Assembly: GCA_051362555.1 (NCBI GenBank)
Contig: CM120641.1
Location: 37,144,401-37,208,400, forward strand
DNA from: Lingula anatina
Lineage: Eukaryota; Animalia; Brachiopoda
Direction: 5' to 3'
DNA: 64,000 nucleotides
Part shown: one piece after another, positions 1-13,200 of the stretch
Numbering within the stretch: the stretch's first letter is position 1
Layout of the letters: each line of letters begins with the position of its first letter
Program-made: the position numbers and the translations under genes
Notes under the pieces: model-generated
What the model saw: the letters and a program-made list of their open reading frames with translations, nothing else
What the model was told of the DNA's origin: nothing
Databases searched by the model: none

Positions 1-1336
1 TTAATTGATCGAAATGTTACAGTCATAAATGTTAATCAATCACAAAGTTTCTCACTTTTGCCTTAAAGTATGACAATACTTCACTGAGATATTTAAAAAT
101 ATCACTTTGCATCCTTTCTTCACAATTTGAACTAGTTATCAGCAAATATTACATTCCACTGCATAACTACAGTTGTTCTTCTTTGTAAAAGAAAATATGA
201 AACACCATTCTCAAAAATACAATGTATTTATTAGGTATTGAAAACAATTATATCAGTTGCAAAGAACAACGTATTGCAATTCTGTTTGAATAGAATAAAT
301 TTTTTCAGTAGTATGCCTTATTTATACCATTCAAAATAATACTGCTGAGTTCTGACATATCACGTCTTGGCAGCTGTAAGTTTCAAAACCATAACTGTGT
401 ACTTCCATGTAATCTAGAATACCACAACAAAATTATGCTTCAAGAAAGTAAAATATTATTACCAAATATATTTCAAATCCATTCTAATGTTTTTGATAAG
501 TACTTTTTATACTTAATACATACAGTGACCTTTTGCAAATTTCACTTAGAGAACATTCCACATTTTGTGTAATACAGAAAATCCATGATAACAAAAAAAA
601 AAGTATTCAATGGCACATTTAAAACTTATAGTTTCTTGATGATTAGAATTTTAATTTATTTTCATACAACTCATACTTGTTATTTGAGGTTTTATACATG
701 TGATAAATATTTCTGAAAAACAATCACTGCAAAATAAATTGAAATACATGTGTGAATGAATCACAGATGGATATGGGACTCAAGTTCATGTGATAGTGCT
801 TCACCATTATCCTACTAAAAGTTTAATAACAGAGCAAAAATTTCATATTATCAGTGTATCTGCATAGTAAAATGACAGCTGGAGCCTTAATAAAGTCCAT
901 TCAGCATCTTAGAAGTGCGAAGTTTTATAAAGGTATGATTACAGAAAGCAACTTAAGCATAATATATTCACACATTCCCTCAACAACTAAACCCCAAACT
1001 AGGGTCTCTATTTATTATGTGACAAAAATTAAGCAAGATGATATGAAACTAAGAAAGCCAACTCCTAATGTTTAATACCAGGATTACCCATCTAAAGTCA
1101 AACTGACTGTAAATGCATACAACTGTTGTATAAAGACTGTAATATTTCGATGTATTTGAAAGTGTTAAATTGAGAAGTGGAGACACATTAAAAATAAACC
1201 TCTTTAAGTGCAGTCTATTTTATTACATAAGAAGTTGACTTTGGCAGTAGCATCTATGGATGGAAGGGACATTCAATAAACAAAACAATTTACCTTCACT
1301 GTAATTGGAAATTAAAACTTCTGTGAGCTTATGTAA

Positions 1337-1368
<32 letters not shown>

Positions 1369-2040
1369 GCAGAAGAAGAAGAATAAAGAAATTTTGATTT
1401 GAGAATGTCCTAAAAGGCAACAGGTATAACTAAATTGTTTTGCTGTTGATGACAACTTCAGCTGCCTTATGTTGTTGACTTAATTTCACTTGAATACTGA
1501 TACAACAAACTAAAACTGTTTTCTTCCAACTAGCCATATATATGACTTGCTACAAAAATGGACATGGAACCACCCTAAAACTGGAACTGTATCACAAAGC
1601 ATCACAACCAGCTTTTAAGGCACACTGAGATTCTTAAATGAAAAGATTAACTGTTAAATGTATATATACAGTGCACTGTGTTTTTTAAAGAAATAAGAGT
1701 GTATCAAAGCTGAAATAAACTTTGTTCTTTGAGTAAAGAAAACTACCGTGAGGATACTGAAAATGTGACTTACACGTTAAATTCAATGAGTGTAACAATA
1801 CCAAGTGTCTCAGTTTATAAGTAGTGGCCAGTTCCCAACAGAGACTGCTTCAATCACAGTAGCGACCAGTTTCAGTCACTTTCACATAGGCTTTGAACAT
1901 CATAGCTCCATTGCATGACGTGCTACAAACTTAATGATCCATTTACCCCCAGCTAATATGATATCAAATAAACAAGCCTCCTTCCAGTGAAGTGAAATAA
2001 AATCAGTCATCTTGGCTACTGACCGTCAAGACTGGCTTTT

Positions 2041-2086
<46 letters not shown>

Positions 2087-3104
2087 GCGGGAGGGGTTAT
2101 ACACTGGAGGAATTGTCCATTTCTTTGTTTTGGAATTTGGTAAGACCTGTTTAGACCAGAGAAAATGAATAAAATGGTTAACAAGCAACACCAACCCTAA
2201 GTTTGAGAAAATCAGAATTTTTCACGCTTAGTTATTATAATTTTTTCACATGGAAAAAAAGCATGGGGTTAAGGATTGATAAGTGTGGTTAATTTACAAT
2301 CAAACCTAACAAAAATCTTTATGCTGTTGTTTTTATGCTCTCAAAGCACTGGTACTATTGATTTGACACTGAACAACCACTCTTGAATTTTTTTGTCTAA
2401 GAATCCTGCTTAAGGAGAAAGCTGCTTGTCCACCAACAGGTTTTTTAAGGCCAATAAGGCCTTTTATTTTAGATATTGGAATCACCATGTGTACACAACG
2501 CCAAGTAGGTTTGCCAAAACATGAAAGGCAGATTAAATTCACTCCTGCCATGGTATTGGTGGAACCCCATTCCATCCACTTCAACCTCCAAGTATACCTA
2601 TACCATAAATGCAATTCATGGCTCACAAAATAATAAAGATAAGTGGTTTTCACAATAACAGGTGAAGAACTACGCTAAAATGGCACTCTAAACACATCAG
2701 TGCACCTGAGCATCTGTATATTGGTTAAAATTCCATAAATCATGTTATGCCACCTCGTGAATGAATGTTGCAAGCTATTAAGATGCACTAGGGGCTCATT
2801 CCCATAGAAACTATATACGGACACAGATTGATACAAGTCTGCAAGGACTTTGGCTAAATGCAATCAGTTTTACTGATTAACAGAAAAGCTGGAGATTATA
2901 TCAGTATGTTGGAAACAAGAGGCAGCATGTTAATCTATTGATCTGTTAAATCGATAATTCTGAAAAAAAAAAACTCATCTTTGGCTCTATGAGTTGAAGT
3001 CATAGTTTTGCTGCAAAAAGTAAACTTATGCCATTACATCAATGTTTATCAAGTGTTTGTCAAGTGACAATTCACTAGTTACCTATCTTTTCAATTTTTA
3101 CAGA

Positions 3105-6100
3105 CTATATTTCAGTAGCCGTTGCCCCAGCTATTCTGTCCACAGTGTGGATTTCACTGCCCAGTTGTGTGTGGTGATGACCTGATATCGTTTCCATTGT
3201 CTCATCCTCACTTGGACGCACAGACCTCAGGAAAAGTGCTACCACAGTAAAAGTTGCAGCATTTACTGGAAAGGCCCTTAGTAGAGTAGAGTTTAGCCCA
3301 GTCCATAAGCACCCATGCCCTTCAGCTTTAATAGATTTTTGGAAACAGTCATAAGCATTTTTATACTGATTTGGACCATTTGCCCCATCAGCTTGTATCC
3401 GAGACTTGATAACATCAACAGGGTAAGTAGCAATCCATGAAGCCATACCACTGAAGCCCCCTGCCATTAACAACCCTAACATACTCACATCATCATCAGG
3501 TTGCTCTACCATCTTTCTACACAAATACTCATAAGTAGCAAAATAAATTCCAAAACTGGGTGTTTCTCTCACAACGGTGAGAGTAAAACCTTTAAACACC
3601 CCAGGAATCCCATGTGCTTTGTAGATCTTCCTCAGGCAATCAATTGGACCTGTATACAAATGTTTTGTGGTTTTGAACTGTGTTCTTGATTCACCCTGCC
3701 CTTGAATCTGCATCCTTGTTTTGGCCAGTTCCATGGGACTGCACACTACACACTGTACAAGGCCAGCTGTAGCCCCTGCCAAGAAGTGGCTCTGTAGTGT
3801 ATCTGGATTGGCCATTCTTCTCTGAACATTTCCTTGGACTCCAAAGACTATGGCATTGATAAGTGCTAATCCGTAAAGTGGAGAAGCCATCCCCTTGTAT
3901 AATCCAAGTGCCTAAAAACATACCATGGTTCACAAATTGTATAATTTCCAAAGAAAAAAAAATGCATGTACATAGCAATATCTCAAATGCTGATTAAAAG
4001 AGTTATTGGTATTTTGTGATATCATAGTGAAAACTCTGAAGGCATTGCTGGAAATTTGGATCAGCTAGAATCTATATGCTGTTGATCCTGTCAAAATATT
4101 GTCGACCCAAATATTTTTTCGTTACACATCACATAAAACATTAATTTTAATTCAATAGTACTGGAACATGATTACAGTTATTAAAACAATTTCTTTCACA
4201 AATATATATTTAGTAAGAGTAAGATATAAAGTCCAACTTAATAAATCTGTGTTCATTAAAAATCATGAATATACTTTTAAGTATATTCATGATTATTAAT
4301 GAACATGATTTTTAAAAAGTGAAAACTATTTGGACATGCAAAGGGAGTTAAAAAATATTGCAGGTTTACTGTCTATTTGGTCTAATAAATGCATGAATTT
4401 TACCAAAACTGATGGCGTGACCTCATCAGTAAATAAAGGTATGGCAGGGCTGGAGCAAATGTGACCCAAATATTTTATTGCACGGCCCTCATTGAATCAA
4501 CCCTCTGACCACAGGTGTTGCAAGTTATCTTTTACAAACCCTTACTAGCAAAACATCAGGCCTGTTGCTGCAAATTCATAGTGAAATTGTAGCAAATTTG
4601 CTTGCAATATAGCTGCAAATTAACAGAAATAAATTTTTTCTTGCAAAATAGTGCACACTCGTTGCTACAACCAGATGTGCCATCCCCACAGGGGCCTTGC
4701 AATTAAACCCTGAAGCCAAGATTTAATCCATGTGGAGGCTCGGAGACCATTAGGAAATTACGTGGGGTCTGTCATATTCAGTCAGCAGATCGGTTAGTCT
4801 GTGGATCATCTGTTTTGAATATGACCTAAGAGTAGACAAGATGATCATCTCAGTTCCCACAGGGTCTCTTCTTCAATTTTGTACACTATACTAGAGACCC
4901 CTGTGATATCAGAGGATACATCAAATCCCAGTAAAGATCCTATTTAAAGCTGATGTGTATGCTACTGTAGGCTTAAAAAACTCATAGGTTCAGGCCGTTT
5001 ACTAGCACTACCTGCAAATCTTTGAGCACTTACACCTGTATTAACCACCTAACCCACAAATTAACCAGCACTACTAAAGCGGATAAATGTTAGTGCTAGC
5101 TATCCGTTTGTTGGTGCTAAATAATTGTAAGGTGTGCTGGTTCATTCGTGGGTTTGGTGGTTAATATGGGTGTTTGTAGTAAAAGTGGGTAGCGTTAGTA
5201 AATGCTTAAACCATTTATAAGGTCTAGGGTTATTATCAATATCAACATAAACTCACAGATTCTTTTGCTACAATGGTCCTGAAGCATTCAAAAGTCCCTT
5301 TATAAAGACGTTTTGCTGGATCTTGTGTTTGTAGCCGTACCTGAAATAAATAAAACAACTCTTATCTAGACCAGACAGGATGTTTGTTGTCAGTTATCAA
5401 GTATTGAAGATCTTTACAAGCCTGTGTGAAGTTGTGAACCCGTGACATTGCTCAGTAACATGTTCACTTGTTATTATGCAATATGATACCACCATTCTTA
5501 GACCCCATTCCCATACCAAGATCTCCAAGGGGATTGTCGCAAAATTGCATTCAGATTAAGCATTTTAGGTGTCTGGCATTCCTACTGAAGCTGCATAACG
5601 ATAGTTAATTGCTCCCTAAAAGCTTCAGTAGGCGTGCTGGACATCATAGCCGCTTATGGTGCTTGTAATTTAGGGAGAAACCCCTTTGAGATTAGTTAAT
5701 CCTGCTAGATCGATCTAGATATGGGAATGGGGTCACAGAGAAACTTCAAACCCAAAACATACTTGACTTTAAAAATGAAACAAGTAGACCGACAGACAGA
5801 GAGACAGACACTGATTAGCATGCAAATTCTTAATTATCATTCTGGTGATTATGTCAAGATCAAAGGAAACACGACCATTTCATGGTCCAGCTATAGAAAA
5901 CCCTGACACAATGACAGTGTTTTCCAAACATAACATGGGCATTATTCTGATGTAAATGCATTCACATTTGATAGACTCTCATAATCCACAAAGGAATAAT
6001 ACTTCTGTCGCTTATGGCTTCTCATCACATTCCAGAGTATTTAAATTATAGTCCAGGCCCAGTTTCATAATACATAATTATCTTACACAAAGTCCACTCT

Positions 6101-7346
6101 AATTCTTTTGCTATTGAGCTGTGTTTTGAATCTTTTTGAGTCCATCAAATTGCACAACAGTTTGTTATTCAGAACACTAATATAATTTACCTTCACAGTA
6201 TCAAATGGATGGCCAACCAGAACCCCAGCACACCCTGTAACAATAAACATGCAATGACCACAAAGAACCAGGGGTATTCACAGTTACAAAAATACAATTT
6301 TTTGTTACATATACAAGATGGAAATACATGACATCTACAAATAAATTTTAAAGAACTCAGTTTATGCGGCTAGCTTAATAAACACAAATGCATGCATCCG
6401 GTTCATAGTTTATCGTAAGTGGTATTTGCATTCAGACTAACACTGATTACTCATACAACTAGTGGCTGTTCTATTATATTGGTAGACAAAATCACTTTTG
6501 TTTTTGGTATATGCTGGTATATTATAGAGTCACTTGTGTAGTGTTATATGGTTGTAGCAGCTAAAATTCAGACTCGGTCATGATCTTTTTTGGGGGGTGG
6601 GGGGAGGGAGGGGATGTTGAATCCAAAATTTGGGCTATTTTTGAGCATAAAAATGGACTCAAAACAGCAGCATCAAGATTCTTCCTGGGGTCAAGATTTT
6701 CCGATTTATTTAAATTAAAAACAAATTAGGGTCAGCAGCACCTATTGATCAGATTATTAATTGTTTGTCCTAATCAAAATTAAGTTTTAAAATTGACTTC
6801 CATGCAGTAAACAGAACAGGAGACACTGACCCCACATCTTTCACATAAATCAATGCTAAGAACTCTAACATTAAAGCTATCTGAATATCCTATCTGCATT
6901 TTCACATTTGGGAGGTTTGGTAAATAACAAATAATACATTGATAGCTGATGCAATACCGATTGTCATTGTGAAAAAAAAAAAAAAAAAAAAGGAAAAACA
7001 GCCCATTAAAACATTAGGATAGAACTGAAGTGATGCTTCTAAATCAGTTGTTTGTGTTTGCATGGCAATTTTTTGACAAGAACAAAGTAATTCCACACAA
7101 TTTCTCCCAAAACAAAACAATATTTTAATCAACATTATCTCAATATTTTTTCAATAAGATACAATCACGTTTTTTTTTAGTATGCAAAAAAGGGGGGGAG
7201 GTAATATCGACGACCTCTTAACTGTTATAAACCGTGCTGCGTATATACTACATGATCTTCTTTTAAAATTAAAACATAATACGCATTAAATAGTACTAGA
7301 AAATATATGTACCTCCAAGGCAGCCCGCCACAAAATCCAGCGCCAT
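3105..7346 (-). CDS. SLC25A29: Mitochondrial basic amino acid carrier, SLC25A29-like (4 coding exons, ~322 aa)
   Basis: Exons 7313-7346 (MALDFVAGCLG), 6191-6234 (GCAGVLVGHPFDTVK), 5257-5340 (VRLQTQDPAKRLYKGTFECFRTIVAKES) and 3105-3911 (ALGLYKGMASPL...stop). All introns are GT-AG and phase-compatible. Three carrier signature motifs: PFDTVK, PMELAK, PVDVIK. The N-terminus matches the recalled human MALDFLAGCAGG. Confidence 0.92.
4250..4305. repeat. Near-perfect AT-rich hairpin in SLC25A29 intron 3
   Basis: GTTCATTAAAAATCATGAATATACTT-TT-AAGTATATTCATGATTATTAATGAAC: 26-bp arms, one mismatch, 2-nt loop. Confidence 0.85.
4990..5215. mobile_element. Degenerate palindromic MITE-like element
   Basis: Imperfect inverted arms, e.g. 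ATTAACCACCTAACCCACAAATTAACCAGCAC versus GTGCTGGTTCATTCGTGGGTTTGGTGGTTAAT. Boundaries are approximate. Confidence 0.6.
5500..5735. mobile_element. MITE of the GATCGATCTA family (PIF/Harbinger-like)
   Basis: Termini GACCCCATTCCCATA...TATGGGAATGGGGTC with an internal palindrome CCTACTGAAGC...GCTTCAGTAGG. Close relative at 8771-9023. Confidence 0.75.
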
Positions 7347-7910
7347 AATTCCCTGTTTTCTGCTAAATGCTCGACCACATCACCCTTATTCGCTTCTCTC
7401 GATCCTTCACTTTCAGATGCACTTGAGATCAGTAGTTGTTTATCTCAAGATATTGAGTCACATCTCAAATTTTTATCTACGACCTTGTACTCCAAACTGG
7501 ATTGGCAATGACGCTAGTTCAGGCTGCTGCAGGCCAAGGTCAGATGTCTTTGTTTTCAGGGCAGTTATTGGCTAAGATTTCTGATATGGAGGTGTGTCCG
7601 CACGGATTAACCACTTGTGTTGTCTTTCTTTTATGGGATAAGAGTACTAAAGACGTGCTAAAACTAAGATTTGAGAGCATAAAACTTATCGAAAATATAC
7701 CCCCTTTGCTATAACTTTTCAACAGTTATCATTCCATATTTGAAGGATTTGTTCATAATCGTTTCACGAGTCAAACGATTTTCGTGTTTCATAATTTCGG
7801 TGTTCCACGCTTGCCGGTTTCGGAGGCGGAGACAAGCGAATACACACGAAAGTCAGCGAGCCACAGCAACCGGGAGGTCAGTCAGTCTATCCACCGGCAA
7901 ACTGACCTGG
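7347..7910. promoter_or_regulatory. Probable bidirectional promoter and non-coding first exon of the SLC25A45-like gene
   Basis: A relatively CpG-rich stretch lies between the SLC25A29 ATG (7346, -) and a + strand donor CTGG|GTAAGG at 7910/7911. Confidence 0.5.
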
Positions 7911-8049
7911 GTAAGGTTGTTAAGTACATTGTAGAGCATCCGTAAATGGTACATATACACACTGCATTTAAGCATGATTGTCACTATTTTTTGCCTACTG
8001 ATTTGTCTGTTTGTTTTGATGAAGATAAGAGACGCACGACTCAAACATA

Positions 8050-8223
8050 CCGGTGTAACGAAACGGAGGGTCCCTGTAACAGAAAGTTCGCCCTCCATTT
8101 AGTTATAATGGTTAGGGTTAGCCTGACCTACTGTAAGTGGGTCAAAATTTAGGTCGAGACTTACCTGCACAAATGAATGGGAAGCGGACTTTCTGTCATG
8201 GGGACTCTGTCACGTTACACCGG
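8050..8223. mobile_element. MITE with TA target duplication
   Basis: TA|CCGGTGTAACG...CGTTACACCGG|TA, with longer imperfect inverted arms and an internal GGTTAGGGTTAG. Confidence 0.75.
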
Positions 8224-8462
8224 TATATACTGGTATAATAATTAAGTCACTTGTGAAGTTATGACATAGAATCTACCGGTATATGTATAGGCAAACGTGA
8301 AGTCTAGACTGGATATGCAACATTTTCATTCTGAAGTCTAATAATAGGTGCTTGGTCTTTATTTCAGGATCATTTCTGTTTTACACATATTTTAATTTAT
8401 TACTTTATTATTATTATTATTATTGACGTTATTATTTGTTACATAGATTTTATTTCTCCCTA

Positions 8463-8682
8463 AGCCGATTGCAGTCTGATCCATCTCTGTGGGAGATTCT
8501 CCCTTAGAGCAATCATGTGAAAATCCCCTGCAAAGCTGGATCAATCCAGGTACAATGTTTGACATTTTACACAGTCATAAACTTTTACGAACCCTCTGCA
8601 TGAGGCAATGCATGCCATAGGAGTATACATGTAAATGCTTTTGGAGAATCTCCCACAGAGATGGATCAGACTGCAATCGGCT
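8463..8682. repeat. Perfect 40-bp inverted repeat with 140-nt spacer
   Basis: AGCCGATTGCAGTCTGATCCATCTCTGTGGGAGATTCTCC at 8463-8502 and its exact reverse complement at 8643-8682. The right arm runs into a MITE end. Confidence 0.9.
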
Positions 8683-9621
8683 GACTGCAATTAAGCGTGA
8701 ACCCCAGGGAGATAGGGCGATCTAAATCTTAATTTCTGGATCGATCTAAATCTCTGGGAATGCAGCCTTTGAGACCATTTCCAGAGCCTATCGTACTAAC
8801 TTTGGATCGATCTATTTCCAAGGGGATTCTCACTAAATTGCTATCAGGTTAAGCAGCTTAGATGTCTTGCATGCCCACTGAAGCTGTTAGAGGGTAATTA
8901 TCTATCATTTAGCGGCTTCAGTAGGCGTGCCAGACATCTAAGCTATTTAAGCTAAAAGCAATTTAGCGAGAAACCTCATGGAGATGGGTTGATCCTGTTA
9001 GATCGATCTAGGCATGGGAACCCAGTCTTTATTTGCCCCATACCCAATTTTGTATCTGGTCAATACAAACTTGATCTGGGGCAGTTGGTACTGATTATCG
9101 TCTGCAAGTATGCATCGAATTATGAACAGAAAAGGGAACAGTTTATAATGTGCCTGTCTACTATACTTGTGAAGATGCTGAAGGGATAACCAGCTATGAC
9201 CCCATTTTAATTCACACCAACAATCTATGTAAATCAATCCAGGGACTGCCCAGAGTGCAATCAGCTTATCTGAATGACACACCTCCTTATGTATCCAACA
9301 TACTCATGTAATCACCAGCTTTTCTGTATTCTACTTCATGTCAGGAGGAGGCATGTAAATCTGTTAATCTGATTGCATTCAGCAAGAGTCCCTGCGGTGT
9401 TGGATAACACCCCATTTCCATAGATTAGATCGACCTACTTTGGATCGACCTAACTCCCTGGGGGTTTGCGCTGAATAGCTGTCAGCTGGGCGGACACGAA
9501 AGTTAATTGCCCCTTACGGCTTGTAGTGAGCGGGGACGGACACTTAAGGGGGATTATCTGACGGTAGTCTGGTGAGACTCCCCGCGGTGATAGATCGATC
9601 TAAAGTTGTGGGAATAGACCC
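8683..9621. mobile_element. Cluster of GATCGATCTA-family MITE copies (about 8683-8768, 8771-9023, 9409-9621)
   Basis: Shared CCATT(T/C)CCA...TAGATCGATCTA...TGGGAAT termini. The 9409-9621 copy is similar to 59540-59766 and to the reverse of 42353-42569. Confidence 0.75.
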
Positions 9622-10272
9622 TTACTTCACATAGACCAATGATGTCTATGGGAATGGGCCTCTGAAATGTAATTTATTTTGGCAAAATAGATAATAAGTA
9701 AATGTGACAAATAAATAAATGTAACTTGCTTAAATTATGAAAAAAATATATATCAAGTAGGTATCAGTATAAATTTTATACCAGTAGACCTTGCAATGTT
9801 GTATTTAAAACAAGAGTATATATTAGGGGAGAGTAGAGTAGCAGGCAGGGGTACATCAGTCATAAGAAATCCTTCTTCAGATAAGATACTATACCCTGTA
9901 CTCGATGTTCCCACAATGTTTCAGTGAACATGTGCTCTATGTTCTGCTGCACAAACATTCTTTATAATGGAAGTCAAATGGCTTTGGAAATACCAAACTT
10001 GTGAGCATGATTGTGTTATTTTAATCCAGATTTTAAGTTAAAACGAGTTGTAATAACATATCTGCCAAGCAGTTGGTTGCTGCATAGGTCAAGTACAAGG
10101 TGCTGATTTGACTTTTAAGGTTGTTATATTCTCTCATTGCTTTCTTTCAGATATACCATCCAGTTTTTTATGGGTTGCATTTTGGTGATGTATGAAGTAT
10201 TTCAAAATGACTGTTTTGTTTTCCAGAAAATGCCCTAGGTAATATTGGATTCAACAGAGAGCAATACTTGGG

Positions 10273-13200
10273 ATGGATGCCACTGGTGGTGTGAACGATT
10301 ACATAGCAGGATGTTTAGGCGGTAAAATACCTGATTATACAATCAATTTGGGTAGATGATGTAACTTCACCAAATAGTTTTATTTTAGATGCTATTTTTT
10401 CAGTTGAGTGTAGGATATTATTAGTATTTAAGACTTTTTTTAAATATAACTTGCTTGTCAAAAGATTTTGAAGCTGTTTGTTTTCTAAATTTGGAAAATA
10501 TGTGTATTAGTATAGATGCCAATAGTAAAATGAGGTAAAATGGTGAAAATTTTTATCTAGAAAATATATTTGGTTGCTTTTTCTGTAGTCCTAGGGCTTC
10601 TAAACACTGCTGTTTTAGGGTTTGGTTTCCTAGTACGGTTGAAGTTCATTGTATTAGAAGAATAGTTGCTTTCTTTGCGTTCATTATTATTTGTTTTTAT
10701 TTAGGAATAGCAGGGCTTGTTGTAGGGCATCCCTTTGATACAACTAAGGTATACTCAAATTTTCTCATAGTAAATTGGTTAAATTTTTATTTTTATACAT
10801 CCTTTTATTTTTTATTATTCATCATTCTTTATATAATTTTTCTTTGCAACTATAATTTTTAATCATATTATTTTAATTAGTGATGAGAGACCTTTTTTTC
10901 ATCAAAAGATCAAATGTTGTGAAAGCAGTGTGTGTGTGTATGCGTGCATGCTTACTTGCCTTTTGTCAAAAGCATACCAAAGTGTGAATTTTTTGTTAGG
11001 TATATCGACATAGGTTTATTGCTTTTCTTTTCATTTTCACTGAAACTTCCACCTTTGTATGCTTCAATAAAGGTCAATGAATTTGTTATTTTATAAGTGA
11101 AGAGAAGAAGAAGCAATTTTTTTGGACAAACTTGTAAAACAAAATGAACCAATATGGTGCAATTCCAACTATGCCGAGTAAAATATCTATTCTCAACACA
11201 GATATCTTTGAATTTTGAGTACAGTAAATTGTCTGCATCTGAATTGTTCTTGTCTGACAGAAAAAAGATCAAATGAAGTCCTTGAAGTATTTTGCAATAT
11301 ATATAGTATTTGTATTAAGACTGTGTTGTTTAAAATGGCTTCTTTTGTATGTTATTAGGTTCAGATGCAAACCCAGCTGGCAGGCCATCATTACAAAGGT
11401 ACATGGGATGCGATCAAGAACATCTATCATCATGGGCTGGTAAGATGTGATAGAAATTTCTTGAACTATGATAACAACCATTTAATTCACACATTCTGAA
11501 AAATTGACTTGTCCAAATGGAATTGTACTGACTATGGGTTTTGGACCAGTGGCTAAGTTCGCAGACTGCATACTTTTCATTCTTAGACTTTGTTTTCATC
11601 AACAAGAAGGGCCACCTATTTCAAAAAATGTTTTAATCTATTTTATCAACAAATGGTATTTTTGAAAAAAAGAAAAAAGATGGGGTTTTGTAGTTCTTTT
11701 GTGTGCCTCATAGGTGATTTTTTTTTGGGGGGGGAGCAGAACTGAATCCATCAATTTCCTTTGGATCCACCTATGAACGCAATTCAAAAAGTGTGAGATA
11801 TCAGTTTATTTGCTATACAAGGAGCATTAACCGTTACTTTAAAGACGGACAATAAAACATTTTTTCAGGGAAGGGGCTTCTTCCGTGGGCTTTCATTTCC
11901 ATTGGTTTCATATGGGGCTATTAATTCAGTCTTCTTCGGTGTGTATGGAAACAGTCTCCGTTGGTTGCATCCAGACACCACAACTCAGCCTTCCTATAGA
12001 GACATTTATATAGCTGGATGCATCGGGGGTACTGCCCAGTTGGCTATTGCTTGTCCCGTAGATGTAGTAAAAGTGGTGCTGCAGTCTCAGATACCACACG
12101 GTAACGGTAAGTAGCCAGTGGCTCCATGGCCAAGCTTATCTCAAAATAACATTGAATGGTATAGCTTTTTTTTATTTATTATTTTTTTTATTAATGGTTA
12201 ATATTGTCAGCTAAAAGAAAGAATTAACTTCCTTTTACATAGTTCGGTGTTGTCTCTTTATTTTGTGATTACTGATAATGCAGGGGCGGATACAGAGATA
12301 TTTTCTGACAGTCTTCCAAATTATCTTTGATGATTCATCCTCCATTTTTGACTGTCTTCCGACAGAAAAATTAGATATTCGTCACGGTAAACTTGAAAAT
12401 CTGATCGTCTTCCAAAAGACCCAGAAGACAGTCTCAATCTGCCCCTGTTATAAATAGTAATCTTAGGATATACAAATTTTAGTACTAGTAATTTATCACA
12501 AGTATGATATATAATGCATTTGACTAATTTGTCTCTTGGGCCATATGTTTCTGGATGTTATAGTTACAGTTAGTTGAAATTACCTTGGAATATCTAAATT
12601 ATTTCTATGTACATGTTAGGTCTGATAGATATATGTATTCACACTGCAAGTCATTTTTTTTATCAAACATAATGCAATTCATTTTCAATGCCTAATTATA
12701 AATGTACACTCTAAGTGACATTTTGACCCTCTGACCAACTTTTTTTGTTTCAGTAGTCGTTAATAGTAAACAAGAAATGCTTCATCTCAAAAATAATACC
12801 AACACACTGGGCAAATAAAGCTTGGAAATGGCTATTGCCTGATTTTCTTGTTTCAGTTATTATTGCAAGCAAAGAAAAACTTCTTTTTTGGGTGGTTAGG
12901 GGGAGTAAATGAAGGAGAAAGTAGATGGTTTTATTATGCAGGAATGTTACAGGCTCTCTTTATTGCATAAAACATCTAGTGATACTAAATTGATTGAAAA
13001 GGAAAAAAGAAACAAGGACATGGATCTTACTTCTTTGGCTGTTACTGCAATCAGCACATACTTCAGGGGCGGATTTAGGGCGTCTTCTGGGTCTTCCGGA
13101 AGACGGTCAGATTTTAAAGTTTACATTGACAGGTATCTAATTATTTCTGTCGGAAGACGGTCAAAAATGGAGGATGGATCAACAAAGATAATTTGGAAGA

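Noticed and set aside
1223-2194. ORFs with poly-I, poly-L or poly-K runs
   Set aside because: They are translations of (TAA)n and poly-T simple repeats in the probable SLC25A29 3' region.
10227-10238. Minimal uORF ATG-CCC-TAG upstream of the carrier start, followed by GT
   Set aside because: Too short to distinguish from chance without transcript or ribosome data.
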